Source of the DNA: a bacterium | GTDB taxonomy: Bacteria; Babelota; Babeliae; Babelales; JAUWHS01 | Assembly: GCA_043818275.1 (NCBI GenBank) | Contig: JBDRFY010000006.1 | Span: forward strand, 1 to 32,409 | Length of the DNA stretch: 32,409 bases | Direction of reading: 5' to 3' | Shown here: positions 1-8,998 of the stretch, in pieces | How positions within the stretch are numbered: the first letter of the stretch is position 1 | Layout: each line of letters opens with the position of its first letter | Notes under the pieces: model-generated | The model's database searches: none | The model's input: only the letters and a program-made list of their open reading frames with translations | What the model was told of the DNA's origin: nothing | Translations under genes and position numbers: made by a program

Positions 1-33
1 ATGTTTTGTATGTGCCCCTGTCCAATACATCAT
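1..33 (-). CDS. tnpA: N-terminus of a probable IS200/IS605-family Y1 transposase, running off the window start
   Basis: The reverse complement of 1-33 reads ATG ATG TAT TGG ACA GGG GCA CAT ACA AAA CAT = MMYWTGAHTKH, which resembles the 'xxHTKxxLxYH' start of IS200 TnpA. An IS200/IS605-type end hairpin lies upstream at 84-130. Only 11 codons are visible. Confidence 0.65.
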   Translation of the reverse strand, partial: MMYWTGAHTKH

Positions 34-83
34 AGCTGCAATATACTAAAATATCTCGAAGCTAACAAATTGGGTTTATTCAG

Positions 84-130
84 ATGAGCTTTCATCCCCA
101 GGCTTTAAAGCCATGGGGTTTTCAGCTCAT
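84..130. mobile_element. IS200/IS605-type subterminal end hairpin
   Basis: ATGAGCT-TTCAT-CCCCA-GGC-TTTAAA-GCC-A-TGGGG-TTTTC-AGCTCAT is an imperfect, bulged hairpin. The 'TTCATCCCC...GGGGTTTTC' form is typical of IS200/IS605 ends. Confidence 0.7.
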
Positions 131-238
131 GTTAAATAAAATATGACACAAAAACTTCTTTATTGCACCTGGAAATTTTCTTTGATATTGTCGATTTAAC
201 CAATCAGAGCAAATTTAATAAAAAAGGAGAAACTATAA

Positions 239-1438
239 ATGGATAATCATTATGAAGAAATCAGCACAAAAAGCTGGGGCAAAAGTCTAAAAGAATCACT
301 TCAAGGCTTAATGATCGCTCCACTACTAATAATCTTTTCAATTATACTTTTATATCACAACGAAGGAAGAATTAACTTATCGAAAGTAGCTCAAAAAGCA
401 ATTCAAATTAGCAATAAAGAAATAAATAAAAATCCTGAAATTGAAGGAAAATTAGTAAGTACCACAGGATTAGTACAAATAAACGAAAAAATAGGTGGCT
501 ATAAATTCTTAAAACAAGGTGAATATCTAGCCATAAAAAGAACTGTAATGATGTACAGTTGGAAAGAAATTCAAAACTCTAAAACAACAACTACTTTAAA
601 GGGAGAAAAAATAACGAAACAAATTTATGACTATAAAAAACAATGGGTTGAAAACCCACAAAATTCTTCTAGTTTTAAAATTACAAACGGTCATATAAAT
701 TCTGAAAAAACTATTCCTGATTTTACAAAAACAACTGAAAAAGCTTTATTGGGAATATATAATATTGATTTATCATCAATAATTCTCCCAACATTCAATC
801 CTTTAAAGCTAAATGAACAGAACATTGACTTGCCAGAAAATTCATCTGCATCCCAAACACCTAATCAAATAAAAACAATTATTTATTCTACAACGCCAAT
901 TAAAAATACAGACTACATTTTTATAAGCAATGACGGACAAAGCTCAATTGATAATCCTAAAATCGGAGATTTTCGCATTTATTATTCAGTATTACCAGTT
1001 AACACTGAATATACATTAATGGGAAAACTCACAACAGAAAAAATTGTGCCTTATTACTGCCAAGATAATTCTACATTATATCGTTTATTCAAGGGAACAA
1101 AAGACAATGCAATTCAGGTATTAAAACAGGAACATAAACAAATTTCATGGATACTTCGCCTTATATCTTTTATTATGCTCTGGATAGGATTTTTATTGTT
1201 TTTGGCGCCTATCCTTAACCTATTAACAATAATTCCCATTTTCGGTACCATTACAAAAACCGTAACCGCTTTAGCAACATTTCTTATTTCAATATTATTG
1301 TGGATAAGTTTTATTTTAATTTTTATGATTTTTCATAATATTATAACGTTAATTATTGCAATATCATTGTTAATAACTATAGTTGTTTATACATTCGTTT
1401 ATTATAAAAAAAAGAAAAAAGTTCAATTGGAGCAATAA
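239..1438 (+). CDS. TMEM43/DUF1625-family membrane protein
   Basis: N-terminal TM followed by 'NEGR', then 'EGKLVSTTG', 'RTVMMYSWKE', 'PKIGDFRIYY', 'WILRLISFIMLWIG' and several C-terminal TMs. An AAGGAG RBS lies upstream. Confidence 0.8.
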   Translation: MDNHYEEISTKSWGKSLKESLQGLMIAPLLIIFSIILLYHNEGRINLSKVAQKAIQISNKEINKNPEIEGKLVSTTGLVQINEKIGGYKFLKQGEYLAIKRTVMMYSWKEIQNSKTTTTLKGEKITKQIYDYKKQWVENPQNSSSFKITNGHINSEKTIPDFTKTTEKALLGIYNIDLSSIILPTFNPLKLNEQNIDLPENSSASQTPNQIKTIIYSTTPIKNTDYIFISNDGQSSIDNPKIGDFRIYYSVLPVNTEYTLMGKLTTEKIVPYYCQDNSTLYRLFKGTKDNAIQVLKQEHKQISWILRLISFIMLWIGFLLFLAPILNLLTIIPIFGTITKTVTALATFLISILLWISFILIFMIFHNIITLIIAISLLITIVVYTFVYYKKKKKVQLEQ

Positions 1439-3145
1439 ATGTTAAGAAAAAATATTGGTGAAATTCTTGTTGAGCTTAATGTCATAAATCAAAATCAATT
1501 AGATGAATACGGTGAAGAACAAAAAACAACAGGCAAAGAAATAGATCAAATTTTGCTGGAAAAAAAATTAATAAATAAAACAGATCTCGCAAAAGCTTTG
1601 GCTATGCAAGCCGGCTTGCCATTCATTGAAAAAATTTCAGACCAGATGGCTGACACTGAAACGCTAGGTAAAGTGCCATTAAAATTTTTACGTCAACACA
1701 TAATTATTCCAATAATGTTTGAAGGCAAAAAAATCGTAGTCACGGCAAATCCAAAAGATCTTCAACCATTAGACGATTTAACTTTATTACTTGGACGAGA
1801 TATTGGTTATGCGGTTTCCACTCCAGAAATAATTACAGACGCCATTAATAAATATTATCCCCTTGAGGGGGGCAGAGAAGCGATGGAAAAACTTCCCGAA
1901 GAAGGGGAAGAAGCCGAATTTGATTTAGGAGCGATTGAAGAAAAAGACATAATGGAAATGGCTTATGAAGCTCCAATTGTAAAACTCGTAAATCATATCA
2001 TTTATCAGGCCGCAAAAGAAAATGCTTCAGATATTCACATAGAACCATTTGAAAAAGAATTGAGAGTCAGATACCGGATTGACGGACAAATGTACGAAAA
2101 AATGATTCCTCCCAAAAGATATCAGGGAGCAATAATTTCCCGTATAAAAATTATGGCAAATTTAAATATCGCTGAAAAACGTTTACCTCAAGATGGCCGA
2201 ATTCAGATTAAAGTCGCCGATCGGCCAATTGATCTTCGTGTGTCTATTTTACCATGCAGTTTTGGTGAACGTGTAGCTATACGTTTACTCGATAAAACAA
2301 AGGGTATAATTAATCTTGATCAATTAAATTTAAGCAAAAGAAATCACGAAGTTTTATTGAAATCAATAGAACATCCAAACGGAATCATTTTAATAAGCGG
2401 TCCAACCGGATCCGGTAAAACAACAACTTTGTATGCTATTTTGAATCGATTAAATCAGGAAGATGTAAATATTATAACAGTCGAAGGCCCTGTAGAATAT
2501 ACATTAAAAGGAGTTAATCAGGTTCAGGTTAATGAAAAAATTGGGTTAACTTTTGCCGCAGCTCTGCGATCTATTTTGCGTCAGGATCCAGACATTGTAC
2601 TTATCGGAGAAATTCGCGACGTTGAAACAGCGCAAATCGCAACTCAGGCAGCGCTTACCGGTCACCTGGTTTTAAGTACAATTCACACAAATAATGCCCC
2701 TGCAACTTTAACCCGTTTGATTGATATGGGAGTTGAACCATTTTTAATCGCTTCTTCACTCATTTCTGTAATTTCACAAAGATTAGTCAGAAGATTATGT
2801 GATCTATGCAAACAACCATACAAACCAAATGAAGAATTGCTAAAAAAAATTGGTCTTACATTACAACAAGCAGAACAAATTACATTTTATAAAAATGTTG
2901 GGTGTGATGAATGTCTGAATACTGGATTTAAAGGTCGTTTGGCTATTTTTGAACTTATGGAAATAACTCATGCAATCGCTCACTTAATTATGGAAAAAGC
3001 TGATGCGTCAATTATAAAACAAGCAGCATTAAAAGAAGGAATGATAACACTTGGTACGGATGGACTTCGTTTAGTTAAAGAAGGACTGACAACGATTGAT
3101 GAAGTTCTTTCTGTGGCATTTGTGGATGTAGAAAGTGAATTATAA
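1439..3145 (+). CDS. gspE: Type II secretion / type IV pilus assembly ATPase (GspE/PilB)
   Basis: MshEN-like N-terminus (IGEILV), ASDIHIEP, RLPQDGR, Walker A GPTGSGKTT, LRQDPDIVLIGEIRD, His box TGHLVLSTIH and a tetracysteine motif. The Asp box is atypical (TVEGPVE). Confidence 0.92.
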   Translation: MLRKNIGEILVELNVINQNQLDEYGEEQKTTGKEIDQILLEKKLINKTDLAKALAMQAGLPFIEKISDQMADTETLGKVPLKFLRQHIIIPIMFEGKKIVVTANPKDLQPLDDLTLLLGRDIGYAVSTPEIITDAINKYYPLEGGREAMEKLPEEGEEAEFDLGAIEEKDIMEMAYEAPIVKLVNHIIYQAAKENASDIHIEPFEKELRVRYRIDGQMYEKMIPPKRYQGAIISRIKIMANLNIAEKRLPQDGRIQIKVADRPIDLRVSILPCSFGERVAIRLLDKTKGIINLDQLNLSKRNHEVLLKSIEHPNGIILISGPTGSGKTTTLYAILNRLNQEDVNIITVEGPVEYTLKGVNQVQVNEKIGLTFAAALRSILRQDPDIVLIGEIRDVETAQIATQAALTGHLVLSTIHTNNAPATLTRLIDMGVEPFLIASSLISVISQRLVRRLCDLCKQPYKPNEELLKKIGLTLQQAEQITFYKNVGCDECLNTGFKGRLAIFELMEITHAIAHLIMEKADASIIKQAALKEGMITLGTDGLRLVKEGLTTIDEVLSVAFVDVESEL

Positions 3146-3658
3146 AGCTTTTTCCTTAATTGAAATACTTTTTGTAATTTCAATAATTTTTATTATAACC
3201 ACAACTTCTTTTTATCGTTTTTCTTTTTTCAATAAATTTATCGTAAAAAATGAAGTAGAAAATTTATTCAGCACAATGTCTTTTTTACAACAAAAAGCAA
3301 TAGCCAGCAATGTGGAACAAAAAATATTTTTTGTTCTAAAAACAAATTCATATTTTTATTTTTCAAATGACAAGAAAAACAATCACAATCTGGCAAACAA
3401 GGTTAAATTTGATTTTATAAAAGGCGCTTTGGGTCCACCATCATCCCCGGTAAAGCCTATAAAAAAATAACAACTTTTAAAACAGATAAAAATGGTTTTA
3501 ATTTTGCAACTTTTTATCCGAATGGCCAAATTGATACAGGAACAATTTATCTTGTAGATAAAAATTATAAATCAATGTTTGCTCTAACTTCGCCAATTTC
3601 TCAAGTCTCTTATTTAAGAAAATATCAATATTTAAAAAACAAGTGGTTAATTGTTTAG
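3135..3658 (+). pseudogene. Prepilin/pseudopilin (GspH/FimT-like), split by a 1-nt frameshift in an A7 run at 3461-3467
   Basis: Class III signal KA|FSLIE plus a hydrophobic helix. Frame 0 stops at TAA 3468-3470. The -1 frame from 3467 reads ITTFKTDKNGFNFATFYPNGQIDTGTIYLVDKNYKSMFALTSPISQVSYLRKYQYLKNKWLIV* to TAG 3656-3658, which abuts the next gene. Confidence 0.8.
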
Positions 3659-3662
3659 TATT

Positions 3663-6302
3663 ATGTTTGCAAAATTTTTAAAAGTTTTATTTGCCCTGTC
3701 GTTAGGTATAATTCCGGCAATCTGGGTCATGCAAAATGATGAACGGGTAAAACAATATGTTATACAAAAATTAATTCCGAATTTAGAAAAATCCTGGAAC
3801 ACAAAAATAGAATTTCGGGATTTGGATATTAATTTTTTTACCTCATCAATTTATTTAAAAAAAGGACAATTCTCTTTTTTATGTGACTCAAAATGCATAT
3901 GGAAATTTGACTATGGTAAAATTCGAATATCAAAAATATTATCTTTAATTAAAAGAAAAATTTATTTAGATTTCATTTTTGATAATTTTACAATAAAAAC
4001 ATTAAATAATATTCAGGATGCGCATTCCCAAATTTTAAAACATCTTAAAGATATTTTTGAAAGCGCGGATGAAGCAGGAATTGATATAAATTTAAAAACG
4101 CTCTTGCTTAATAATTTAAATCTGCAAATTGTAGATCCTCAAAATAATTCTTTTGAACTAAATTTTCCGGGAAGATTTTTTGGAAGAAAATTAAACATTT
4201 TTAATTCTGATAAATGGATAATATCAGCAAATATAAATAACGGTAATTTAAACATAAATGATCAAATCATATCACAAAAAATAAATGGCTTTTTTACTTT
4301 CTCTGAGCAAAAAAATGCCCCTTTTACGGCAAAATTTAAAAGTAATTTTAAATTATCACCTGATACAAATTCCATTTTTTTTGCCCAAGGGGACTTTCAA
4401 AACAATAATTTAATCACAAAAATAAATGTTAAGAATAGTTTATTAAGATGCGATTTAGATTCTTATTTAAATTTTGATACAAAAAATGAATCTTGGGTTA
4501 ATGGAAAAATACAAATAACAGATCTGTTTTTTAAAAATTTTTTTCTGGGACAAACTGACCTAAATCTATGTTTTGATGGTAAAAAAATGATATCTAAAAT
4601 CACAGTTCAATCGCATAAAAAAACAATTTTAAAAGGAAAAGCTGAAACTGTTTTTGATAAATTTAAATCCGGAATTTTTATTAAAAATGCAAATCCTGTT
4701 TTTTTAGATGAAAATATTAAACTATTTATACCTAAAAAATGTCTTCAATTAAAAGCAACTATCGATGAAAATTTTAACATTGATGCAAAATATTTTTTAA
4801 AAATATGTAAAGAAACAGAAAAAACTAATTTCTCAACTGTTGGAAAATTAAATTTAAATAAAAATTCACTAAATATTAGTGGTAATTCACCTTTTACTGA
4901 CTACACAATTAAAACAAAACTGTTTCCAGCTTTTTATATCACTGATTTTAATTTTTTCAAAAAACAAGATTATTTGGTTCAACTTAAAAATAATTTTGAT
5001 AATACGCTTTTAACTGGCAATATTAAAACAAAATTTCTCAGATTATTTTTGCCCCAGGAGGCGCATAAAATATTTTTAACTGATAAAAAAATATTTAAAT
5101 TAAATTTATTTCAGGATTCATTTAATCCAATCAAAGGGCAACTTCTTTTTGAGGATGGGCCATTATTCTTACCAGATACTTTCAATTTAATAAAAAACTT
5201 TAAAACTGATTTTTCGTTACATTTAAATTCAAAAAAATTAATGTTTCAAAATACAGAACTTCAATTTTACAAGGGTAAAATTTATTCTCCCCAAATTAGT
5301 TTTCAATTAAATGATAACTGGGAATTAAATTCTATACATTCTCCACTGGAAATAAATGATGTTTTTATCAACTTTAATAAATTTTTTTATGGTATTTTTT
5401 ATGGAAATATTTTGGCTGAAAAAAAATCAAATAAACATTTAAAGATAACTGGAGATATAATTGCTAAAAAATCACTTTTAAAAGATAATCCGTTAGCTCA
5501 AAACAATAACTATAATTTGCAAGATATAAACAGAACAAGACAAACAGACATGGATTTTGAGTTAGATATTAATTTATCAAATCAAACCCCTATAACAGTC
5601 AAAACTAATTTTTTAAATGCTCAATCCAATTTTGATTTAAAAATAAAAACATCAAAATTCAAGGATAAAAGTTCTTTTTCAAAAATACTGGGTGCAATAG
5701 AAATAGAAAATGGTGAATTAGATTTTTTAAGGAATAAACTTAACATTCATCATGGCAAAATTCAATTTTTACCCAATCAGATAAATGATCCAATAATTAA
5801 TATTTCTGCAAAAAATAAAATAAAAAAATATTTTATAAATATGCAAATTTCAGGCACTTTGCAAAATCCACAAATAACTCTTGAATCAACTCCAACACTT
5901 ACCGAAGAACAAATTCTTGCTCTTTTGATGACAGGATCTGAAAACGCAAGTTTTCAGACTGATCTTCCAGCAATTTTAATGCAAAATTTAAACAATTGGG
6001 TTTTAGAACGAAATAATTTATTACCAAAAACAAAAAACTTTTTTGAAAAAATTACCTTGCCATTTAAATATATACAAATTACGCCAAATTTTACTGATCA
6101 AACAGGTAGGGGTGGAATTCGTGGAACAGTTTCCATTGATGTTAATAAACAATTACACGCGCAAATTCAAAAGAATTTTAATTTGCAGGAAGATTTTGCT
6201 TTTCAGGTTGAATATTTATTAAGCGATGACATTAATCTAAAAGCGATTAAAGATCAACGTGGAGAACTTGGCTCTGAGATGGAAGTTAAATTTAAGTTTT
6301 GA
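3663..6302 (+). CDS. tamB: TamB/AsmA-like translocation and assembly module protein (DUF490-like C-terminus)
   Basis: N-terminal anchor, long beta-rich body, and a C-terminal 'DPIINISA...ISGTLQNPQITLESTPTLTEEQILALLMTG' segment typical of TamB, ending in F. ATG 3663 is preferred over TTG 3651. Confidence 0.75.
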   Translation: MFAKFLKVLFALSLGIIPAIWVMQNDERVKQYVIQKLIPNLEKSWNTKIEFRDLDINFFTSSIYLKKGQFSFLCDSKCIWKFDYGKIRISKILSLIKRKIYLDFIFDNFTIKTLNNIQDAHSQILKHLKDIFESADEAGIDINLKTLLLNNLNLQIVDPQNNSFELNFPGRFFGRKLNIFNSDKWIISANINNGNLNINDQIISQKINGFFTFSEQKNAPFTAKFKSNFKLSPDTNSIFFAQGDFQNNNLITKINVKNSLLRCDLDSYLNFDTKNESWVNGKIQITDLFFKNFFLGQTDLNLCFDGKKMISKITVQSHKKTILKGKAETVFDKFKSGIFIKNANPVFLDENIKLFIPKKCLQLKATIDENFNIDAKYFLKICKETEKTNFSTVGKLNLNKNSLNISGNSPFTDYTIKTKLFPAFYITDFNFFKKQDYLVQLKNNFDNTLLTGNIKTKFLRLFLPQEAHKIFLTDKKIFKLNLFQDSFNPIKGQLLFEDGPLFLPDTFNLIKNFKTDFSLHLNSKKLMFQNTELQFYKGKIYSPQISFQLNDNWELNSIHSPLEINDVFINFNKFFYGIFYGNILAEKKSNKHLKITGDIIAKKSLLKDNPLAQNNNYNLQDINRTRQTDMDFELDINLSNQTPITVKTNFLNAQSNFDLKIKTSKFKDKSSFSKILGAIEIENGELDFLRNKLNIHHGKIQFLPNQINDPIINISAKNKIKKYFINMQISGTLQNPQITLESTPTLTEEQILALLMTGSENASFQTDLPAILMQNLNNWVLERNNLLPKTKNFFEKITLPFKYIQITPNFTDQTGRGGIRGTVSIDVNKQLHAQIQKNFNLQEDFAFQVEYLLSDDINLKAIKDQRGELGSEMEVKFKF

Positions 6303-6841
6303 TCCTCCGGCATCTGAGAATCATGCTCCATTTGTTCTTCTATATTATTTTTATTTATATCGATTTTTTCTAATTGCTGTAATTGCTGATTTTCTAACTG
6401 ATTAATTCTTTTACCTAATTCTTCTCTTTCTCTAACCAAAAAAGCCAACTGAACCTGACTTGTTTTTAGTTTATTATTTAATTCTTCAAACTCTTTTTGC
6501 TTATCTAAACTTAATTTTTGCGTGTCATTTACACTCTGTTTCAATTCATTATTTTCCAGAGAGATCGTTTCTAAAACTTTATTTTGATCTAAAAATTTTT
6601 GTTTCATGTCTTTTTTCTTCTGAATCATATTTCTGGAAATTTTATACATCTGGCCGACTTCGTCCAAAATTGGATAAATCGTTGATTGCGCCGTTGGATA
6701 TTCCTTACGCAAAGAAATTAGATCGTTGCTTATTTTTTGATGTAATTGCTGAACCGCCTGATAAGAATTTTTAGATGTTAAAGAAAAAAAATAAAAAAAC
6801 AACAACGTTACAAAAAATCTATACGAAAAATGTAATTTCAT
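6254..6841 (-). CDS. Hypothetical coiled-coil protein with an N-terminal signal/anchor
   Basis: Hydrophobic N-terminus and Q/E/K/L-rich heptads, with a GGAAGG RBS upstream. Its 3' end overlaps tamB by 49 nt. Confidence 0.75.
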   Translation of the reverse strand: MKLHFSYRFFVTLLFFYFFSLTSKNSYQAVQQLHQKISNDLISLRKEYPTAQSTIYPILDEVGQMYKISRNMIQKKKDMKQKFLDQNKVLETISLENNELKQSVNDTQKLSLDKQKEFEELNNKLKTSQVQLAFLVREREELGKRINQLENQQLQQLEKIDINKNNIEEQMEHDSQMPEDQNLNLTSISEPSSPR

Positions 6842-6950
6842 CTCAACCTTCCTTTTCTCTTTTTGTTTCTATTTTAATTTAATCTTTTTTTTCGTAATAT
6901 TGAATTTTAAATTGAAAAATATTCAAATTTCAATAAAAAGGAAAAGGATA

Positions 6951-7634
6951 TTGAAAAAACGTTTCACTTTATTTTTTATTTTTTTTATTTTTTTAACCGG
7001 ACAAATAATAGGATTAACAAACGTTTATTTTTCTCCTGACGATAAACCGGCAGAAAAGTTAATAGAAAAAATAAATAATGTTAAAGAAAAAATTCAGGCA
7101 GCTATTTTTGTTATAACAAATAAAAAAATAGAAAACGCTTTAATTGAAGCGAAAAAAAGAAATGTTGATATAAAAATAATCACAGACCCCGGAAGTTTGC
7201 CGACACAACAAAAACAAATCAAAAATATGCTTGAAAATAATATTCCTGTTTTTATTTACAACCCGAAAATCCCAACTATTCAAAAAACTTTTAGCGACAG
7301 AATGCACAATAAATTTTGTATTCTTGATAAATCTGTCTGGACTGGTTCTTTTAATTGGACATATTATGCAGACAATAAAAATCAGGAAAATGTAATTTTC
7401 ACAACAAAAAACAAAGTTGTTTCAAACTATGAAAATCAATTTGAAAAAATAAAAAAAGAACGCTGTGAACCGTTAACGATTAAAAAGCTGGAAGAATTAA
7501 TTTCCGTTCAACAAAAACCAACAAACAACGAAACAAATAAAATTGAAAATTTAAAAATTTATTCAGATTTAAAATCGAAAATTAAAAAATTGCTTGAAAT
7601 CATTCAAAAACATGGAAAAGAAATAACAATTTAA
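6951..7634 (+). CDS. Phospholipase D superfamily protein (single HKD, Nuc-like)
   Basis: VYFSP, MHNKFCILD (HxKxxxxD), WTGSFNWT and NQENV motifs, with a signal peptide. TTG 6951 has AAGGA upstream and is preferred over the ORF-track start at 6900. Confidence 0.85.
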   Translation: MKKRFTLFFIFFIFLTGQIIGLTNVYFSPDDKPAEKLIEKINNVKEKIQAAIFVITNKKIENALIEAKKRNVDIKIITDPGSLPTQQKQIKNMLENNIPVFIYNPKIPTIQKTFSDRMHNKFCILDKSVWTGSFNWTYYADNKNQENVIFTTKNKVVSNYENQFEKIKKERCEPLTIKKLEELISVQQKPTNNETNKIENLKIYSDLKSKIKKLLEIIQKHGKEITI

Positions 7635-7684
7635 ATAATCTAAAAAGATCATGTAATAATTTTCATTTTTTCTTAGAATTTAAA

Positions 7685-7854
7685 CCCACCCGCTCGCCCT
7701 GAGCGTAGTCGAAGGGTTGCGAGCAATAATAAATACAAAAAAATTTATTGTTTATGTAAAAAAACATTCGTTAAAAAAATTACAATTCAATAAATAGATT
7801 TAATTAATTTACCGCTCGTAACCCTTCGACTTTGCTCAGGGCGATCGGTGTGGG
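7685..7854. repeat. REP-like inverted doublet (CCCTGAG...TCGAAGGG family)
   Basis: Arm 7685-7724 (CCCACCCGCTCGCCCTGAGCGTAGTCGAAGGGTTGCGAGC) and arm 7814-7854 (GCTCGTAACCCTTCGACTTTGCTCAGGGCGATCGGTGTGGG) are near reverse complements around an AT-rich spacer, between convergent genes. Confidence 0.9.
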
Positions 7855-7898
7855 AATAATTGAAAGTTATTTTTGTAATTTTACAACTTATATATTTT

Positions 7899-8825
7899 TT
7901 AAACTGAAACTGATTTTAACAAATCCTGAAAATCTTTTGGTACCGGTTTTGTATATTCAAAAATTTTTTCATTCAATTCAAATGATAATTTCCAGGAATG
8001 CAATGCTTGTCTATCTATAAACTTAGATGTTTTACCATAAATAGAATCGCCAATTATTTCATGCCCAATTGCTGCAAAATGAACCCTTATTTGATGTGTG
8101 CGACCAGTAACGATTCTAACTTTGACCAGAGAGCAATCTTTATAATGTTGCAAAACTTCATAGTAACTTATTGCCTGTTTTGAATCAATTCCATGATGAG
8201 ACATCATGTGACCTTTAAAAGGATGTCGGCCAATTGCATAATCAATTTTCCCTTTTTTGGGTGGATGGCCATAAACCAAGGCCAAATAAGTTTTTTTTAC
8301 TTTGCGATCTTTAAACATCGCGGACAATCTAATTTGCGTTTTTATATTTTTGGCAATCAATAAAAGACCTGAAGTATCTTTGTCTAAACGATGCACAATT
8401 CCAGGACGTTGCAAATCTGTAAAACCAGCCTCTCTCATTTCTTTAAATTTATAAAGTAACCCATTAACCAAAGAAATTTTATCTGGATCATTTTGAGCAA
8501 AATGAGTTAGAAGGCCAGCCGGTTTATTTACAACAATAAAATCTGGCTGAATATCTACAAGTTCAAAATCCACTTTTTGAGGTTCAAGATTTGGCTGAAT
8601 TTCTTGAGGAATTGAAATTTCAATTTCATCGTTATTTTTCAATTTATAGCTATTTTTAGCCGCAACAAACCCATTAACCTTGATTAACTTCTGAGCTAAT
8701 AAATCCTGAAAATATGATCTTGAATAATCCGGATTTTGTTCAAATAAAAATTTATCAAGTCTTATTTGTTTATTTTCAAAATCACGAAAAATGAATTTTT
8801 TTGTTTCTTTTATTAAATTTGTCAT
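7899..8825 (-). CDS. rluD: RluA/RluD-family 23S rRNA pseudouridine synthase
   Basis: S4 domain (RLDKFL...SRS), VNKPAGL, catalytic GIVHRLDKDTSG, TGRTHQIRVH and RQALH. Confidence 0.93.
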   Translation of the reverse strand: MTNLIKETKKFIFRDFENKQIRLDKFLFEQNPDYSRSYFQDLLAQKLIKVNGFVAAKNSYKLKNNDEIEISIPQEIQPNLEPQKVDFELVDIQPDFIVVNKPAGLLTHFAQNDPDKISLVNGLLYKFKEMREAGFTDLQRPGIVHRLDKDTSGLLLIAKNIKTQIRLSAMFKDRKVKKTYLALVYGHPPKKGKIDYAIGRHPFKGHMMSHHGIDSKQAISYYEVLQHYKDCSLVKVRIVTGRTHQIRVHFAAIGHEIIGDSIYGKTSKFIDRQALHSWKLSFELNEKIFEYTKPVPKDFQDLLKSVSV

Positions 8826-8998
8826 TTAGTTATTTTTCATTGCTTATTTTTAAAAGGTTACTTATGTTGGGAAAACGTTAAATATTTTCGAAAAAACTGT
8901 TTTTAAGCTAAATATTATTTATAATTTAGAATATTTTGTATTAGAATATTGTCAAAAGGGGTTAAATAAGCTCGTTTTTAACGTTTTTAAGGATTCAA

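Noticed and set aside
7832..8183. Two short + strand ORFs
   Set aside because: One starts inside a REP arm, and both are antisense to rluD.
8925..8955. Tandem TTAGAATATT repeat and a minus-strand TTGACA in the rluD/mgtE divergent region
   Set aside because: A possible promoter or operator, but too AT-rich and short to separate from chance. I could not recognise an Mg2+ riboswitch upstream of mgtE.
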